This document shows, one piece after another, positions 24,519-39,122 of a DNA stretch of 64,000 bases (its first letter is position 1; each line of letters opens with the position of its first letter). Under the pieces are notes generated by a model, which did not search any database, was not told where the DNA came from, and was given only the letters and a program-made list of their open reading frames with translations. Location: assembly GCF_006345805.1 (NCBI RefSeq), contig NC_043013.1, positions 20,522,001 to 20,586,000 on the forward strand, in the 5' to 3' direction. Source of the stretch: Octopus sinensis. Taxonomy: Eukaryota. The translations under genes and the position numbers were made by a program.

Positions 24519-24943
24519 ACACACACACACACACATACACACACACACAATCAGTCCTATAAACGGTTATACATAATTGGCTGTATATATACGTGTGTAT
24601 ATGTGTGTGCGGTGTGTTATCAAAATTACTGATTGATGTGTTGGAATTACGTATGTGCGTGTATGTGTGTGCGTCAGCGTACGTGTGTGTAAGTCTTTGA
24701 GTCTGTTTGTAATATATATATGTATATATATATATATATATATATACATATGTATGTGTATACATAATACATATATGACGAGTGTTTGAAAATTAAAGAG
24801 CAATTGATTCTAATAAAGGCCTGTCGTTTGATTCCTACATATCACTATAGACATAATGCACAGGGTATTGAATTTCTGTGAGTATACATCTAAGTCTTTA
24901 TATACATAAATGCATGCACACACACATACAGGCACACCCACTC

Positions 24944-24983
<40 letters not shown>

Positions 24984-25015
24984 ACATATTTATATATATA
25001 TATATATTATATATA

Positions 25016-25058
<43 letters not shown>

Positions 25059-25293
25059 TATATAAACATATATATTATATATATATATATAAACACATAT
25101 TTACACAAATATGTGTGTGTGCATGTGCATGTTACTGTTTGTTCGTATGACTGTGGGGGTTTATGTGTGTGGTTGTTATCTGTATGTATAAGTTTGTACA
25201 TGCACAGAATTATGTATATGTAACTATAAGACTAAATACGTACACATATATCCCGACACAAGCATAAGCACGAATGCACTTAGCATATACATA

Positions 25294-25350
<57 letters not shown>

Positions 25351-25886
25351 TATTTTGTGTGTGTGTGTGTGTGTTTGTGTGTCTATGTGCATGCGTATGC
25401 GTTTTGTGAGTGTGTATGTGTGCGTGCGTGCGTGTGTGCATCTTACTATATGGTATTTGAACGTAAAGAAAGTCACATAATTTGATAGAGAAACTGAGAA
25501 ATAAACAAAAGCGGGAAGAAACAAGAGAGAGGGAGAGAGAAAAAGAGAGATGGAAGGAGGGAGAGAGAGAGAGAGAGAGGACGGAGGGAGAGAGAGAGGG
25601 ATGAAGGGAGAGTGAGAGGTAGATAGCGAGAGCTCGAATAGGAATTAAAAATGGCGACAGCTTTATTATAAAACTTTCCTACCTTAGGTTATGCTAATAT
25701 TCAAACATCGCTCTCTGATAAAGCGACATTTTAAAACCTTTATTGAAAACGCTGAGAAGTTTTTACAAAAGCTATTTGACAGACAGGTTATAATTTTGAC
25801 AGATGTTATTGCCCGTGAAACGTTTAGTTAAGCACATTTCATTTGATTTCATACAGCTTATGCACACATCTTTAATATATATATAC

Positions 25887-25921
<35 letters not shown>

Positions 25922-25977
25922 TACATACATATATATAATATATATATATGTATGTATGTTATATATGTACATATATG

Positions 25978-26026
<49 letters not shown>

Positions 26027-26345
26027 TATATACCCATACATACACATGTATTATGTATATATATATATGTACATACACACACATATATATATTATATATT
26101 ATATATCATAAAATCATACAAATTTATATATATTGGATATGTATATATGTGTATATATATAGACATATATATATATATATATATTCATACATAGACACAT
26201 AATATGTATAAAATATGATATAATATATATATTATATACTATATATATATATGCATATATAAACATAGATATGCATATATAAGCACACGTTCATTCATGC
26301 ATACAGATATATATATATATATATATACATACACACATACATTCA
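24455..26345. repeat. Cluster of (CA)n, (TA)n, (TG)n, (GA)n and (TACA)n microsatellites
   Basis: Direct reading; source of the many Y/I/H/T pseudo-ORFs. Confidence 0.9.
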
Positions 26346-26755
26346 TACATAGATATGCACATTCATATATACATGCACATATGTGAGTGTGTGCCGTAGC
26401 GTATGATGTAATATTATTTCCTCCAGTTGTACACGAGTCAAAGGGTGTATTCCTTTTAATATTTTCAGCCCGTTGCAGCCTGAAATATAGAAAATAATGT
26501 TGATAAATTTAATGCAGTTACGGTTCAAGTTGCCCTTTAACAAGTTTTGTAAACAAAGAAATTCTTGTTGCCAATGTCTTCTCCTTGGTATGACTTTTTC
26601 TTTTTCTTATCACAGAACTGAAACATTTTTCTTTCATTTTCAAAATTTAGCATAAAACTCCCTGCAAGTCAGAACATACTTTTCTTATCGCTGCTTGCTT
26701 TTGTATGTGCATTCGCACAGCTGTTTCTTTCCTCGTTGCACTAGTCACCCCTTCT

Positions 26756-27137
26756 GGAGGCGCAATGGCCCAGTGGTTAGGGCAGCGGACTCGCGGTCAT
26801 AGGATCGCGGTTTCGATTCCCAGACCGGGTGTTGTGAGTGTTTATTGAGCGAAAACACCTAAAACTCCACAAGGCTCCGGCAGGGGATGGTGGTGATCCC
26901 TGCTGTACTCTTTCACCACAACTTTCTCTCACTCTTACTTCCTGTTTCTGTTGTACCTGTATTTCAAAGAGCCGGCCTTGTCACTCTCTGTGTCACGCTG
27001 AATATCCCCGAGAACTACGTTAAGGGTACACGTGTCTGTGAAGTGCTCAGCCACTTACACGTTAATTTCACGAGCAGGCTGTTCCGTTGATTCGGATCAA
27101 CCGGAACCCTCATCGTCGTGACCGACGGAGTGCTTCC
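26756..27137 (+). mobile_element. tRNA-derived SINE family C, full length
   Basis: A box TGGCCCAGTGG, B-box-like TTTCGATTCCC; 11-bp target-site duplication AGTCACCCCTT at 26743-26753 and 27138-27148. Confidence 0.92.
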
Positions 27138-27495
27138 AGTCACCCCTTGATCTTCTTTCGCATTTTAACCCACAAACTCACTCACCTCCTTATATGCGCG
27201 GTTTTTTATACCACCAGTCTAACAGTTACACGTACAAACACATAAACAAGCCACAACACACCCTGACCCCACAAATCACGAGCGCTCACTCTTCCACTCT
27301 TAGGCACGTCCATTACATATATCACACAAACACACCCACACCACTCTATCACTTGTGCCCGTTTTCAAATATAGAAACACTTTAGTACATACATGATGCA
27401 TTTACATACCAATCACTTCACTCCCCGGTAACACAGCATTCCTCCTGGTTTCTATTCTTTACCTATATTACCTGCATACATTTTGTCTGTTATAT

Positions 27496-27910
27496 ATACT
27501 CTTTACTCTTTTACTCTTTTACTTGTTTCAGTCATTTGACTGCGGCCATGCTGGAGCGCCGCCTTTAGTCGAGGAAATCGACCCCGGGACTTATTCTTTG
27601 TAAGCCCAGTACTTATTCTATCAGTCTCTTTTTTTTTGCCGAACCGCCAAGTGACGGGGACATAAACACACCAGCATCGGTTGTCAAGCAATGCTAGGGA
27701 GACAAACACAGACACACAAACACAGACACACACATACATATATACATACATATATACGACAGGCTTCTTTCAGTTTCCGTCTACCAAATCCACTCACAAG
27801 GCATTGGTCGGCCCGGGGCTATAGCAGAAGACACTTGCCCAAGGTGCCACGCAGTGGGACTGAACCCGGAACCATGTGGTTGGTTAGCAAGCTACTTACC
27901 ACACAGCCAC
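27496..27910 (-). mobile_element. SINE family A, near consensus
   Basis: (TACTCTTT)n tail, internal CA/TA repeat, head CTTACCACACAGCCAC. Confidence 0.92.
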
Positions 27911-28122
27911 GTGTATTTTTACTCTTTTTTATGTTTCTCTGATACTTTTCCGATATCCGAAACGTTGAGACACGCTCAGTTTCCATTGAAACGTGAGACT
28001 AATATATTTGTGAAACTTTTTATACTCTTGTTGCTCTTTTTAAAAATTTATTGCCTTTAAACCATATGCATACATACATATATACACACATATATACACA
28101 CGTACATAAACATTGATAGATA

Positions 28123-28683
<561 letters not shown>

Positions 28684-28779
28684 ACGGGAAGCTTTATGAA
28701 AATAAACAAAAGACGAAGGCAGGTGAATACAAACAAACAATTGTATTAGTATGGCGCTCGGGAATATAAATAAAACAAG

Positions 28780-28817
28780 TCTTTTACGTTTCGAGCCTAC
28801 GCTCTTCAACAGAAAGA
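28780..28817 (-). ncRNA. Minimal type I hammerhead motif, family H2 (best copy), inside Penelope-like terminal repeat 28684-28890
   Basis: Minus: TCTTT-CTGTTGA-A-GAGC-GTAG-GCTC-GAAAC-GTA-AAAGA; perfect 5-bp stem I, 4-bp stem II, palindromic ACGT stem III. Confidence 0.7.
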
Positions 28818-29252
28818 TACACAGAAAAGAAACACAGAAAGAAACAAGGAGAGAAAAAAAATGTGCGTGCAGAGGCTAGCGAATCAACATGTATATACAT
28901 ATACAGCTATGTGCACAACACACACATATCAAGACAGGATAATGAACGCATGTTTTATATGTGCTAACCGACTGCATTAATTAACAATTAAATAACAACA
29001 ATGATAATAATAATAATATTTGACACAACAATGGAAGACAAAGACTGTATGAAAATAGAAAAATATTAAGAGCTGAAAAACGAAATTCAGTGAATCAGGA
29101 ACTACCGACATCGTTATCTCAGTTGTGATACAAATATTTTCAATTTGCAATAGTTGGCAGAAGATACTGGGTATCTAGATGAAGTTTCTCATTCTTCGGA
29201 AAGCCTCTTTAAGAAGGTTCCTAGATATCAAAAGTTGTGGGATGCATCACAT

Positions 29253-29286
<34 letters not shown>

Positions 29287-29302
29287 AACTACTTCTACTA
29301 CT

Positions 29303-29519
29303 CTCTTTACTCCCTTTTACTCTTTTACTTGTTTCAGTCATTTGACTGCGGCCATGCTGGAGCACCGCCTTTAGTCGAGCAAACTGACCCCAAGACTTAT
29401 TCTTTGTAAGCCTAGTACCTATTCTATCGGGCTCTTTTGCCGAACCGCCAAGTTACGGGGACGTACACACACCAGCATCGGTTGTCAAGCGATGTTGGGG
29501 GGACGAACACAGACACACA
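29303..29519 (-). mobile_element. SINE family A, 3' half (5'-truncated)
   Basis: Tail to the internal CA repeat only. Confidence 0.88.
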
Positions 29520-30104
29520 ATCTGTTGATGATTATTATTGATATTAAAAATTAGACAGTTGTCATTGTTATTATTGTATAAAATAAGTACTGGTTAATAA
29601 AGAACACTTAGATTCTTTCCATGTCACAAAGAATTCAATATAAAATACGAAAATGTCTTATATTCTGACAGAAATTGATTTACTTCGAACCCAAAGCGAT
29701 TTTCATCAATAACTTAATAAAATCCTTTCAACGTCACTGGCAAATGATGTAGAAGACTTTACATCCAGTAGAACATAATGGATATCGCAAAAGCTCAGAA
29801 GGCTGTAAACTATGTAATGCTGATCAACGAAGCCTAGTTGAAGACTATAGAACGGATCAGTTCTTTTTTTTTTTCAGCTAGTATCGTTTGACAAGCAGAT
29901 GGCATTTGACTGGATTCCCAACAGATGGTTGTTAGATGGCATTTGATAGCGTCCCCTACAGATAAGTCCAAAAACTATTAGTCATGACATAAGTAGGATT
30001 AGCATAGGATTAACAATAAGCAGGAACATGAGCCACATCATCGTTAAATAGTAAACATTGCTGAAGTTATAGACAAACGAAGAAATTATAAAAGGTAGCC
30101 ATTT

Positions 30105-30300
30105 TCTCTATTAGAAGTGGATTATTCCCGAAGGGACACGGTACTTAAATCATCTTTTGTTTGGAAACAATTAACATACGAAACGAAACCATACTTTACT
30201 CGAATATAAATGTTATGGGAGGTCAGTCAACCGTCTTTGTATATGGATGACCTCAAGCTGTATGCAGTCAATAAAGAAAAAACAACCCGAAAAATGACAA
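30105..30300 (+). pseudogene. Reverse-transcriptase relic (R4-like)
   Basis: 'LYMDDLKLYA' motif in ORF 30210..30482; remainder decayed. Confidence 0.5.
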
Positions 30301-30529
30301 GAGATTATACGAGTCTTCTAGAAGAATTATACGGAGTTGAAAAAATGCGTCTAAACAGATTCAAAATATCGAATATTAATAATGAAAAAGAAAACACGGT
30401 TATGTTAGGTTACGAAAGGAAAACAATAGAAATAAGTGAAGCGCAGATTGACGAACACAGAGAGATTATGGAGTCAGAGTAAAAGAAATATGAATGAAGA
30501 AAAATTTTGGAAGGAATTTGATATATTGA

Positions 30530-30724
30530 TATTTGGCACAAGGCCAGCAATTTCGGGGTTAGAGGGTAAGTCGTTAACGTCGACACTAATATTCAACTGG
30601 TACTTATTTTATCGACCCCGAAAGGATGAGAGGCAAAGTGGATCGCGGCAGTATTTGAACTCTGAACGAAAAGACGGACGAGATTGTGGCCGGCATGCTA
30701 ACGGTTCTGCTAGCTCGCCGCCTT
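30530..30724 (-). mobile_element. SINE family B, diverged
   Basis: TATCGACCCCGAAAGGATGA...CTAGCTCGCCGCCTT. Confidence 0.85.
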
Positions 30725-30754
30725 GTTTGATATATTGACATGAAAAACAGTGGT

Positions 30755-30960
30755 AAGGCGGCGAGCTGGCAGAAACGTTAGCACGCCGGGCGAAATGCGT
30801 AGCCGTATTTCGTCTGCCGCTACGTTCTGAGTTCAAATTCCGCCGAGGTCGACTTTGCCCTTCATCCTTTCGGGGTCGATAGATTAAGTACCAGTTACGT
30901 AATGGGGTCGATATAATCGACTTAATCCGTTTGTATGTCCTTGTTTTCTGCACCCCCTCT
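30755..30960 (+). mobile_element. SINE family B, near consensus
   Basis: AAGGCGGCGAGCTGGCAGAAACGTTAGC...GAGTTCAAATTCC (B box)...TCATCCTTTCGGGGTCGAT. Confidence 0.92.
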
Positions 30961-30977
30961 TATATGTACACACACAC

Positions 30978-31027
<50 letters not shown>

Positions 31028-31654
31028 ACACACAAAACACACAGCCACACTCACACAGGTATTTATAATTTCGAAGTATAGAGGCGTTTCGTAGATTCCA
31101 TTCCACCTTTTGTGTTAGACCCAGCGGCGCTCCTTCATATCCTTTCACAATGTTTCCCCACTGGGAGGATAACGATATTATGCGTTGTATAGACAGTAAT
31201 TCATCTCTAACAGGGCTGAAGTGGATCTGGATAAAGAAACCGATAATTAAGAGAGAGAAAGGATAAAAGAAAAAGAGAAAGAAAGAAACTAACAAACAAG
31301 GGAAAAAGAAAGAGAGAAAACAAAGAAGAAGCATTTCTTTAATGCTTTTCATTCATTGCACTGACTGAAAGAAATTTTCGTTGTAAATGAAAATGTTTCC
31401 TATATACTGGTGTAGATATTCCTTCTCATTCTTATTCGCGAATGGCAACACTATCTACATATTTCAGTTCATCTCACAGTCTTTCTCTCTCTCTTCCTCT
31501 CTATCTCTTCTTCCCTCTCTTCCTCTTTCTCTCTTTTCCCTCTTACTCTCTCTTCCTCTTTCTCTATTTTCTCTCTTCTTCTCTCTCCGTGTCACACACG
31601 CAAACACACACGTGGACATACACAGACACACATATATAGATAAATACATATATA

Positions 31655-31674
31655 TCTACACATACAAATATATG

Positions 31675-31710
<36 letters not shown>

Positions 31711-31730
31711 TGAATGTATGTATGTATGTA

Positions 31731-31770
<40 letters not shown>

Positions 31771-32100
31771 CATACATACTTACCTTACATATATGTGTGT
31801 GTGCATACGTGTGTGTACATGTATTCATGCATATATTTATGTATATACATATATATGTGTGTGTATGTATGTATGTATATATATATATTTATATATATAT
31901 ATATATATATATGCACATATGATATATATCTTATATACTCACGCATACACGCACATATATTCATATATACTTTATACTTACATGTTATTATGTGTACATA
32001 TATGTGTATGCATGTATGCATGCATGTATGTATGTATGTATTTATGTATGTATTTATGTATGTATGTATATATGTATGTAAATGTATATGTATACACACA
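31655..32100. repeat. (TATG)n/(TA)n compound microsatellite
   Basis: Direct reading. Confidence 0.9.
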
Positions 32101-33197
32101 CAGTATAAGTATATCTATCGTCTTTTGTGAAAGGATATTTTACACACGGCTGACAATTAATAGGCATCTTGGAAACCCTGTTATTGCTATTTCTGATTAA
32201 CCATGGATATCACGTTGACCTTACAACTACCAGATGAAATAAGGGAATTACTAAAGCGCCATTGTCGTGTCAATTACTCACCGCATCCAAATAACTGTAA
32301 TTTTCATTTTGTGGTACCAAATATCTGCAAAACACTGCCGGGGTAGCTATGGAAAGAAGAAAACCTATCGATATAAAATCCGACTGTTCAATACATCTAA
32401 GGAAGAGAAGTGTAATGTTGAATGTTACATTAGATGTAGAGTATCCTAGGTGATGTGAGATCATTCACGGATTAGTGCTTAGATCCTCTATCATAGGTGT
32501 GGTAAGTATGGAGAAAGTACTCCTTCAAGAAAGCTAATATTCTAAGATCTGGTATTTATTCTTCATAGTTTGTTGGGTTGGAGTTTCATTGAATGAGGTG
32601 TTGTATAGTGGAATAAAAGAGAACAGTATCAGTGACTTCGAACGTATGGCCATTACCTGTTTGCTCTTCATCAGGTTGTTTGTTTGCCTTTTATTTGGCG
32701 GCGATAACGTTGTCTTGAAGACTGGCATAGTAAGGTTTCTTATCACATGGTGGGTGGATGGATAGAGAGAGCAGATACATCGTTAGTTACTTTTGTATTT
32801 TTTACTTGACCCCACCATGAGATTGCGGCCAATGTGGGACACCGCCTCTCTGAAATTTTAGTGGAACGAATCATCCCCAGTATTCAAACTGTTTGAAGCA
32901 TGACAACTGTTTCGGCCGCCGCTCCCCCACCCCCCAGCAAAAAACAGAATTTCTCGGAAGCACGCTGTCCCTTCGTTTCATCCATCGCACTAATCGACGA
33001 ACAAGGGAGAAGTACTGCAAAACAAAGACGCACCACGTGACAGTGCGACCTCAGCAAATGACGCCTGTCGGCAGACTGATATTTGAGGATCGCATTAAGT
33101 GACTTCTAGCCGCAGAAACTTGAACTACAAGGGCTTACCCCACCGAGGACGTTTCCGTTTCCGGTTACTAATGGGTACTCATCATATATATATATAC

Positions 33198-33273
33198 GGG
33201 GTCGATTTGTTCGACTAAAGGTGGTGCTTCAGCATGGCCGCAATCAAATAACTGAAATAAAATTAAAAGTGTG

Positions 33274-33307
<34 letters not shown>

Positions 33308-33320
33308 TTATATATATATA

Positions 33321-33353
<33 letters not shown>

Positions 33354-33502
33354 CATACGACAGGTTTCTTTCAGCTTCCGTCTACTAAATCCACCCACAA
33401 TGCTTTGGTCAGTTCGACGCTATAGTAGAAGATACCCATGAGGCCACGCAGTGGGACTGAACTCGGATCCACATGGTTGGGAAACAAGCTTAGCCACTCC
33501 TA
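33198..33502. mobile_element. Two SINE family A fragments in opposite orientation joined by (TA)n
   Basis: 33198-33270 is the 3' tail on plus; 33355-33502 is the 5' half on minus. Confidence 0.75.
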
Positions 33503-34744
33503 CACTGTTTGAAATGAGTGAATAATTGTCTGTGTCATTACTAACCACTTAATGACATTATCGTTAAGAAAATTACTGAACGTCTTTAACAGCAGGCCTA
33601 TAACAAAGACATAATATAACACCTCACAATATTACAACTAGAAACTTCAAACTAATGACGTCATTGTGCTTCCTCTTCACACCCGAGCCTCTCTGGAGTG
33701 ATTTCGCTCTTTCTACGCCTCTCGTTCACGATTCTTGATTGAGTTCATTATTCAAACCTATCTTTTACGTCAGGCCTCGTTCGAAAGATTTTGTTGTTTA
33801 GGCTAATGTCAAACGTGATATATTCCATCCATGACCATCAGGCTTTATTTCAGATACAGTATAACTAATTGTAGTGCTCTGAAAACACGTATATGTGGTA
33901 TGTATTACAGCCATGTTGTACAGGAATCCGGTTGTCAATCTCGCCAACATACATGTAGTAAACACGCGACTGATATGATTTAAGCATAGAACCAGTTATG
34001 TTATTGATCCCAATGTGGATGATTTATGATAGATTATAAAATAAATTATAGAAGTAGAAACTGACACCCATTCGAAGAAGCTGGCTTTCCATACATTATT
34101 CATCGTCTGGTTACACAATAAAAACAAATGTTATTAACATATATACAAGGTGGATTCTCTGCCGATTTTGACGGATTTTTGTTTATGCAATGGACATATT
34201 AATGACCGAGTATTCCTCAGACATTTACATAATTCATGTAATTCTATGATCAAATAAAGGCGACACATTTTGATAAGGCTTGACCTTTGCATCACAAGTT
34301 CACTTCTGTGAACCAACTCCAAACACAGGACATTATTCTTTCTATCAACGTCCCAAATCGATCATTGCGCAACTCGAACTCAGCTCGCTGCTAGTAAATA
34401 ACATCTAGATTCTTATCCAACATCTTAATTACCTTCGCCACTTCACCGCACAATTAATTAATAGACAAGTCTGCACATTCAGGTAGGAATAATAAAAGAG
34501 TTTTAGAATGAAAATTATATTTGATTAAAAAATGGAAAAAATATTCAGAAGTTAAATAAATGATATAAGTAAAGAAAATATATTTAAATGTAAATTTATT
34601 TATGAATAGCGAAATTTTAATAAATGTAATTAATATTGTTGCGCATAATCATACTATACCGAGAAATACGCATAATGATGACGGTTTCCAGGATGACTAT
34701 TCAGATAATAAATAAGCCAAGTGTCATCCCTATATCTTCGGCGC

Positions 34745-35088
34745 AGTAGCTTGCTTACCAAACACATGGTTCCGGGTTCAGTCCCACTGCGTGGCATCTT
34801 GGGCAAGTGTCTTCTACTATAGCCTCGAGTCGACCAAAGCCTTGTGAGTGGACTTGGTAGACGGAAACTGAAAGAAGCCCGTCGTATATATGTATGTATA
34901 TATATATATGAGTATTGTGTGTGTGTGTTTGTCCTCCCAACATCGCTTGACAACCGATGCTGTTGGGTTTACGTCCCCGTGACTTAGCGGTTCAGCAAAA
35001 GAGACCGATAGAATAAGTACTAGGCTTACAAAAGAATAATGACTGAAACAAGTAGATGACTGAAACAAGTAAAAGAGTAAAAGAGTAA
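34745..35088 (+). mobile_element. SINE family A with truncated head and tail rearrangement
   Basis: B box GGGTTCAGTCCC; internal deletion near the tail; ATGACTGAAACAAGTA duplicated. Confidence 0.88.
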
Positions 35089-36608
35089 ACTGAAGTGCCT
35101 ATTCGTTGAGATGACATATGGATGGCCGAGTACTCCACAGATGCATGTATTATTTTTGTAATTATCAAGTAGAATCGGTGTGACACACTAAAACAGGATT
35201 GTTCCTTTGAAATACACCTACAAACAGTTTCCTTGAAGTTTCACTCAAAAGACTTGGGCCATCCCGATGATGCAGGGGTGACACTTGGTTTAAAATCCAC
35301 ACAATGAAATGGAACCCTGGAACGAGCTAATGTGAATTGATCTAAACCGTTTGATCATACAGTGTACACAGATATACGTATACGTACGCACACATACATA
35401 CACACACACAGATACACGTACATAAACACACAACACACATATACACACACATCTACTACCGAAGTCTTGCACACAAAGATGTTTTGTTGTATTGTTTGTT
35501 TAAAAAACAAAATGCAAGAGAAGATGTGAAACGACTAAAACTTAATATAAAGATTTACGTGTTCACATCTTTCGGCGATTAATTTTAATGTGTTAACATT
35601 TTATTGTGATCCACTTCGTGGGAAGGGAGCTAAATAATAAATAACTTACAATTTATGGCATACGTCATTCAGTAACCCAACATCTAGTTGAATAATCTAC
35701 GTTTGTTTGATCTGAACGTTCTGAGTTATTTTCTTCAGCAGACATTTTGTAATTATGTAAGTAAATAGATTATGTAGACTTCATTGCAGTTGAAGATGAA
35801 AATAGAATCAAATCGCTACAGATTAAATTGAAATACACCCTCTCATGCAAGTGCATACACACACACACACACATACATACACACACACACACACACACAA
35901 ACATACACGCACACACACACAAACACATACACACACACACACATACATATATGTATATATATATAGAGAGAAAGAGTGTGTGTGTGTGTGTATGCGTTTA
36001 AAGACATGTACAAATATTGCACAGTAAGAAAATGGAGGCTGTCAGAATGTTAAATAATTCTTTATTAGTGCTTTCATCCCTTTATGAGGACTTTTCAAAA
36101 TAAATTTTATAGAAAGTCGCTTGGTTTTTATACAAGTGTATGCGGGTATGCCTTTGTGTATGTGTGTGCTGTGTAGTATGTGTGTGTGTGTGTGTGTGTC
36201 TGTGTTTGTGTGTGAGCGTGCATGTCTATGTGTTTCTGCGTATACTGCACGCTCGGAAGATTAAGATCGTTTCGCAGTAAAGAGGCCTAGGGTTCCATCA
36301 CACTGTGTGGGTTTTTTTCAGCCGAATTTGCGGGTTTGTTCCATTCCTTGTTACCGTTCTCTACTCGACTAACGCTTCCTTCTGGAGTATACGTATATTG
36401 AGTTCTACATTAGGCTATTAGTCTCGTAATGCATAAGCCAAAGGTGTAATGTGTGCGTATGTATGAGTGTGTTTGTGTGGTGTGTGTATTTGTGTGGTGT
36501 ATGTATGTGTATGTATGTCTGTTAATATCGTAAGAGCGCTCTATCACTTGAGGTAGAGCTAATTCAAATGTGTCCACAGTTAAATATCTAAATATACGTC
36601 AGACAATA

Positions 36609-36675
<67 letters not shown>

Positions 36676-37214
36676 TGAGACGAAGCTGGTAATTTTCTCC
36701 TTGTTCAAGAACTAACTACAGTATTTGATACAGTAGATGTGAGTAGGTTAAGAAATGACAATATTATAGGTTTAAAGCGGTTCATTTTAAGATATTACGT
36801 GTAATTAGATTGTCATTAAGTAGGAGACAGACTAATTATGATAGCTGACAACCTACATTGTTAAATCAGCTATAAATATTGCATATAGAAAGGACAAAGT
36901 GACGGGGCCATGTTGAATTTGTGTAAGTTTTATGAACATATTAAATTAATATATTTCTTATTGATGACTTACTGTACAGAATGGATGGTGATTGACTTTC
37001 GATGTGTGCATTGGTGTGTGTATACAGAGAGAAAGGGAGAGAGAGAGAGAGGGAGAGAGAGAGAGGGAGAGAGAGGGAGAGAGACAGGGCGAGAGACAAG
37101 GAGAGAGAGAAGCATTTGATAAAAGACTATCTGGTAGATAGCTTTTGATAGTGGTGGATAAATAATAACGTAGACATATTCTGAGATTGATAAGAATGTG
37201 TACCTTTATACATA

Positions 37215-37248
<34 letters not shown>

Positions 37249-38533
37249 TGTGTGGTTTGTGTGTAGATGAGCGCGCTCACGTATGTGTGCGTAATGTGTG
37301 TCTGCATATTTTTCTCTCATGGTCCGCTGTTCTCAGGGAGACGATAACTTAAAACCAATATTAAATATGATGACTTTTATCTCATCTTTCAGAGTTGATC
37401 AATATCTTTATTACAATGTGTGTCTCCTTTTGCTTGCCTATGATTATGTGAGCAATGTTGATGTGAATTGCATCATTCTTTTTTTTTTCCTCTTTGCTAT
37501 TATTATCGTTATTACTTTTACTATTATCATAATCATCGTTGTGTATTATCATTCACTGCTGACCTTGTCACACTTTGGTTTCAAATTATGTTTTAATAGG
37601 AGAAATAGAAGCCTTACTAAAGCTACAAGCATACTGATAGATTATGAAAGATTAAAACCCACCAGTAGGGTTCTACAAAGAAAATATTAAGTGATTTCTG
37701 TTTTTGGACAAAATTTTCTTTCCGTGTCTATTCACACAGAGAAAAATGACTATGTATATTCTGCACAACACACCCTTTTCTAAAAACATTAAAAAAAATG
37801 AAGAAAATAATGCATTTCACAGACAGAAAGCAAATAAGAAAAAAGTAACTAAACAACAAATTAATGTTGAACATGAACAAAAGGAAGACACTAATATTTC
37901 TTTTGCAATTAATTTGAGTTTTTAAATGAAAATATTGTCAACAAGAAAACAGTTACGTAGAAATACTTGTTGTAGGAAAATATTTCCTTCATTTTCTATC
38001 TCAGGAGCTCCTTGACTAACATTTTAAACTACTCAGACGACCTGATACGCAATTTTTTCCAGAAAAGGAGGCAAATGTGTGAGTTATATTTCATAAAAGA
38101 GTATTTACTCCTCTCATCGAGCGAGCAAAAAAAAAAATGTCTGTTTGTCCCCTAAAAACATGGAGTTTTCCCTGTCTCTGTTCCCCAGAAGAAGAGCTGA
38201 AAGAGCTTTGTTAAGTGTGCTCTGGTAAAATCAGTCCATCTGCGTGGTGTTTGTACCACATGGATCCGTCTGTGTTGCTTAGCATTCCGAAAGAGCAGCT
38301 GAGATATTAAGGGTTTCCTACCCACCCATACTGGTTAAACCTAGTATTTAGGAAAGGAAAATACAATGGTCATCAACGATTTCAGTTACTGATCCTTGTC
38401 TCGTTTACGACTGTTATATCGCAGTAAGCGTGGGTGGTCACTGCAAGACTGAGAAAAGAATTACGAAGACGGGACGGATCTGAATAAACTGATGACTCTC
38501 GAAAATCCCTGTGTCGTACTGGAACTGTGATCC

Positions 38534-38946
38534 TATACTCTTTTACTCTTTTACTTGTTTCAGTCATTTGACTGCGGCCATGCTGGAGCACCGCCTTTAG
38601 TCGAACAAATCGACCCCGGGACTTATTCTTTGTAAGCCCAGTACTTATTCTATCGGTCTCTTTTGCCGAACCGCTAAGTGACGGGGACGTAAACATACCA
38701 GCATCGGTTGTCAAGCAATGCTAGAGGGACAAACACAGACACACAAACATATACATACACATACATACATATATATACATATATACAACAGGCTTCTTTC
38801 AGTTTCCGTCTACCAAATCCACTCACAAGGCATTGGTTGGCCCGAGGCTATAGCAGAAGACACTTGCCCAAGATGCCACGCAGTGGGACTGAACCAAGAA
38901 CCATGTGGTTGGTAGGCAAGCTACTTACCACACAGCCACTCCTGCG
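38534..38946 (-). mobile_element. SINE family A, full length
   Basis: Head CCACACAGCCACTCCTGCGC, tail (TACTCTTT)n. Confidence 0.92.
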
Positions 38947-39122
38947 CTTATGTTGATGCAGAAAAAAGGACAAGCTGTAGTTTCATGATAGAGGGGAAAA
39001 AATTATACTAGTGGGAGCAAGAAATGGATGATAGCCTTTTGCTCAGAAGAACTGGAGTAGAAAAGAAGAAGGGAAGGAGGTGACGGGAAACAAATGATGC
39101 AAAATTACGAAAATCTGACCAA

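Noticed and set aside
36061-36104. Hammerhead-like remnants on minus here and at ~886-912, ~1725-1745 and ~7535-7572
   Set aside because: Stem II or GAAA traces are present but the catalytic core has several mismatches; too decayed to call.
38100-39120. Possible host exon or Tx1-like ORF1 relic
   Set aside because: Multiple stops and only vague similarity; cannot be supported without a search.
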